DNA of 64,000 nt from Planctomycetota bacterium (GTDB lineage: Bacteria; Planctomycetota; Planctomycetia; Gemmatales; Gemmataceae), in contig VGZJ01000001.1 of NCBI GenBank assembly GCA_016872595.1, positions 5,117-69,116 of the forward strand, read 5' to 3'. The notes under the pieces are model-generated. The model ran no database searches. It worked only from the letters and a program-made list of their open reading frames with translations, and was not told where the DNA came from. How positions within the stretch are numbered: position 1 is the first letter of the stretch; each line of letters begins with the position of its first letter. Of this stretch, positions 62,589 through 64,000 are shown piece by piece. The translations under genes and the position numbers were made by a program.

Positions 62589-63047
62589 ATGACACGACCT
62601 CGTATGACGAGCGAAAAAGACTTCCAAGGCGTGCTCGACAAGAACCCCGGTGACTGGCAGACGCGCCTCGTGTTCGCCGACTGGCTCGACGAGCGCGGCG
62701 ACGAGCGCGCCGCGGGCTACCGCGCGCTGGGCGTGCAGCGCGTGTACCCGCGCGGCGGGAACAGCCACTGCTGGAGCCGCGCCAAAGAAACGAACTGGTG
62801 CCTGTACCGCGGGCACGAGGCGCTCGTCGACGACTGGTTCGACCTGACCACCCACAAGGGCGAGCCGGTCCACGCGATCTTCCGGAGCCGGCGCAAGGCC
62901 GAAGACGCCGCGGCCCGGTCGTTCCTCAAGCTCCCCGCCGAGCGGCGGGCGTACCTGCTGAGCGAGTTCGTCCCGCACCCGCCGGTGCCGGTCAAGCCCG
63001 CCGCTCCGCCCACGGCCGTACCGGAAACGAAACCCGCTGCCGAGTAG
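62589..63047 (+). CDS. TIGR02996 domain protein
   Basis: FQGVLDKNPGDWQTRLVFADWLDERGDERA. Confidence 0.85.
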   Translation: MTRPRMTSEKDFQGVLDKNPGDWQTRLVFADWLDERGDERAAGYRALGVQRVYPRGGNSHCWSRAKETNWCLYRGHEALVDDWFDLTTHKGEPVHAIFRSRRKAEDAAARSFLKLPAERRAYLLSEFVPHPPVPVKPAAPPTAVPETKPAAE

Positions 63048-63050
63048 ACG

Positions 63051-64000
63051 ATGCGCGTCTTCGTGTACGAGCACATGACCGCGACCGCGACCGGGCGCGC
63101 GCCGGGGTCGCCCGAACACGGCATGTACCGCGAAGGGCGCGCGATGCGCGACGCGCACGCGGCCGACCTGCGCGCGGCCGGCGCGGACGTAACGACGTAC
63201 CCCGACGACGCCCCGCCGTGCGACGACCACCGCTTCCTGCTCGAAGTGGCGCGCTCCGACCGCCAACTCATCATCGCCCCGGAACTGCACGGCACACTTC
63301 ACGCGCTGACCGTCCTTGCGCGAACGAAAGGGAACCCACTCGGCCCGTCGCCGGATGCGGTCGCGCTCACGTCCGACAAACTCGCACTGGCAGAACACTG
63401 GCGCGCCTGCGGCGTGCCGACGCCCGCGACCACCGACCGCGAACCAACCGCGTGCGACGCCGCCGGAGGCGTCATCGTAAAGCCCCGGTTCGGGGCCGGT
63501 TCGACCGCGACCTATTACCTCGACTGCCGACAGGATTTCTACCGCGTCCGCGCGCTGCTGGACGCGGCGAACGACGACGTTGGGCCGATGATCCTACAAG
63601 ACTTCGTGCCGGGGCGCGCCGCGAGCGTGGCGTTCCTGTGCGGCCCGCGCGGGCACCTCGCACTGCCGCCGGCGTTCCAGTCGCTCAGCGCCGACGGGCG
63701 GTTCAAATACGAGGGCGGCGAAGTGCCGATCCCGCCGGCGCTCGCGGCCCGCGCGACCGCGCTCGCGACACGCGCGGTCGCGTGCGTGCCGGGGTTGCTC
63801 GGTTATGTGGGCGTCGATCTGGTGTTGGGCGAAACCGCGGACGGCACGGGCGACCGGGCCATCGAGATCAACCCGCGCCTCACAACCTCGTACCTCGGCC
63901 TGCGCGCGCTCACGACGTGCAACCTCGCGGAGCTGATGCTCCGCATCGCCACCGGCGACGAGTGCGCCGCACCCCAGTGGAAGCCCGGCCGCGTGTACTT
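63051..64000 (+). CDS. ATP-grasp protein (MfnD/DUF201-like), runs off the window
   Basis: MRVFVYEH, YREGRAMRDA, IIAPE, SDK, VKPRFGAGS, QDFVPG.AASV, GYVGVDL, IEINPRLTTSY. Confidence 0.85.
   Translation, partial: MRVFVYEHMTATATGRAPGSPEHGMYREGRAMRDAHAADLRAAGADVTTYPDDAPPCDDHRFLLEVARSDRQLIIAPELHGTLHALTVLARTKGNPLGPSPDAVALTSDKLALAEHWRACGVPTPATTDREPTACDAAGGVIVKPRFGAGSTATYYLDCRQDFYRVRALLDAANDDVGPMILQDFVPGRAASVAFLCGPRGHLALPPAFQSLSADGRFKYEGGEVPIPPALAARATALATRAVACVPGLLGYVGVDLVLGETADGTGDRAIEINPRLTTSYLGLRALTTCNLAELMLRIATGDECAAPQWKPGRVY

Overview
High-GC bacterial chromosomal window. The gene content (DUF1501, PVC-type heme-binding dehydrogenase, TIGR02996, several Ser/Thr kinases, FGE-sulfatase domains) points to Planctomycetota, probably Gemmataceae. 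Core genes: hemL, nadB, cimA, valS, truB, a DHH phosphoesterase, a DksA-family gene, an HtrA-like protease, gltB, sbp, scpB, nuoH, nhaA, tRNA-Glu(CTC) and tRNA-Leu(TAA). A ~12 kb integrative, phage-satellite-like element sits at tRNA-Glu (23491-35280). It carries a tyrosine integrase whose ORF ends inside the tRNA, a primase-replicase with inverted iterons, an excisionase-like HTH, a TerS-like HTH, a GIY-YIG/SF2 helicase and a truncated Eco57I-like methyltransferase. Its right end appears deleted and fused to a truncated tandem FGE-domain gene whose 3' end looks like a DGR variable region. Other highlights: an Ile/Val/Thr leader-peptide attenuator upstream of cimA; a TerY-P (vWA-PP2C-kinase) triad whose kinase is a membrane receptor with a WD40 ectodomain; several REP-like palindrome families, one of them fossilised in-frame inside gltB; and several genes broken by in-frame stops. 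All product calls come from motif recognition only; no database searches were run.
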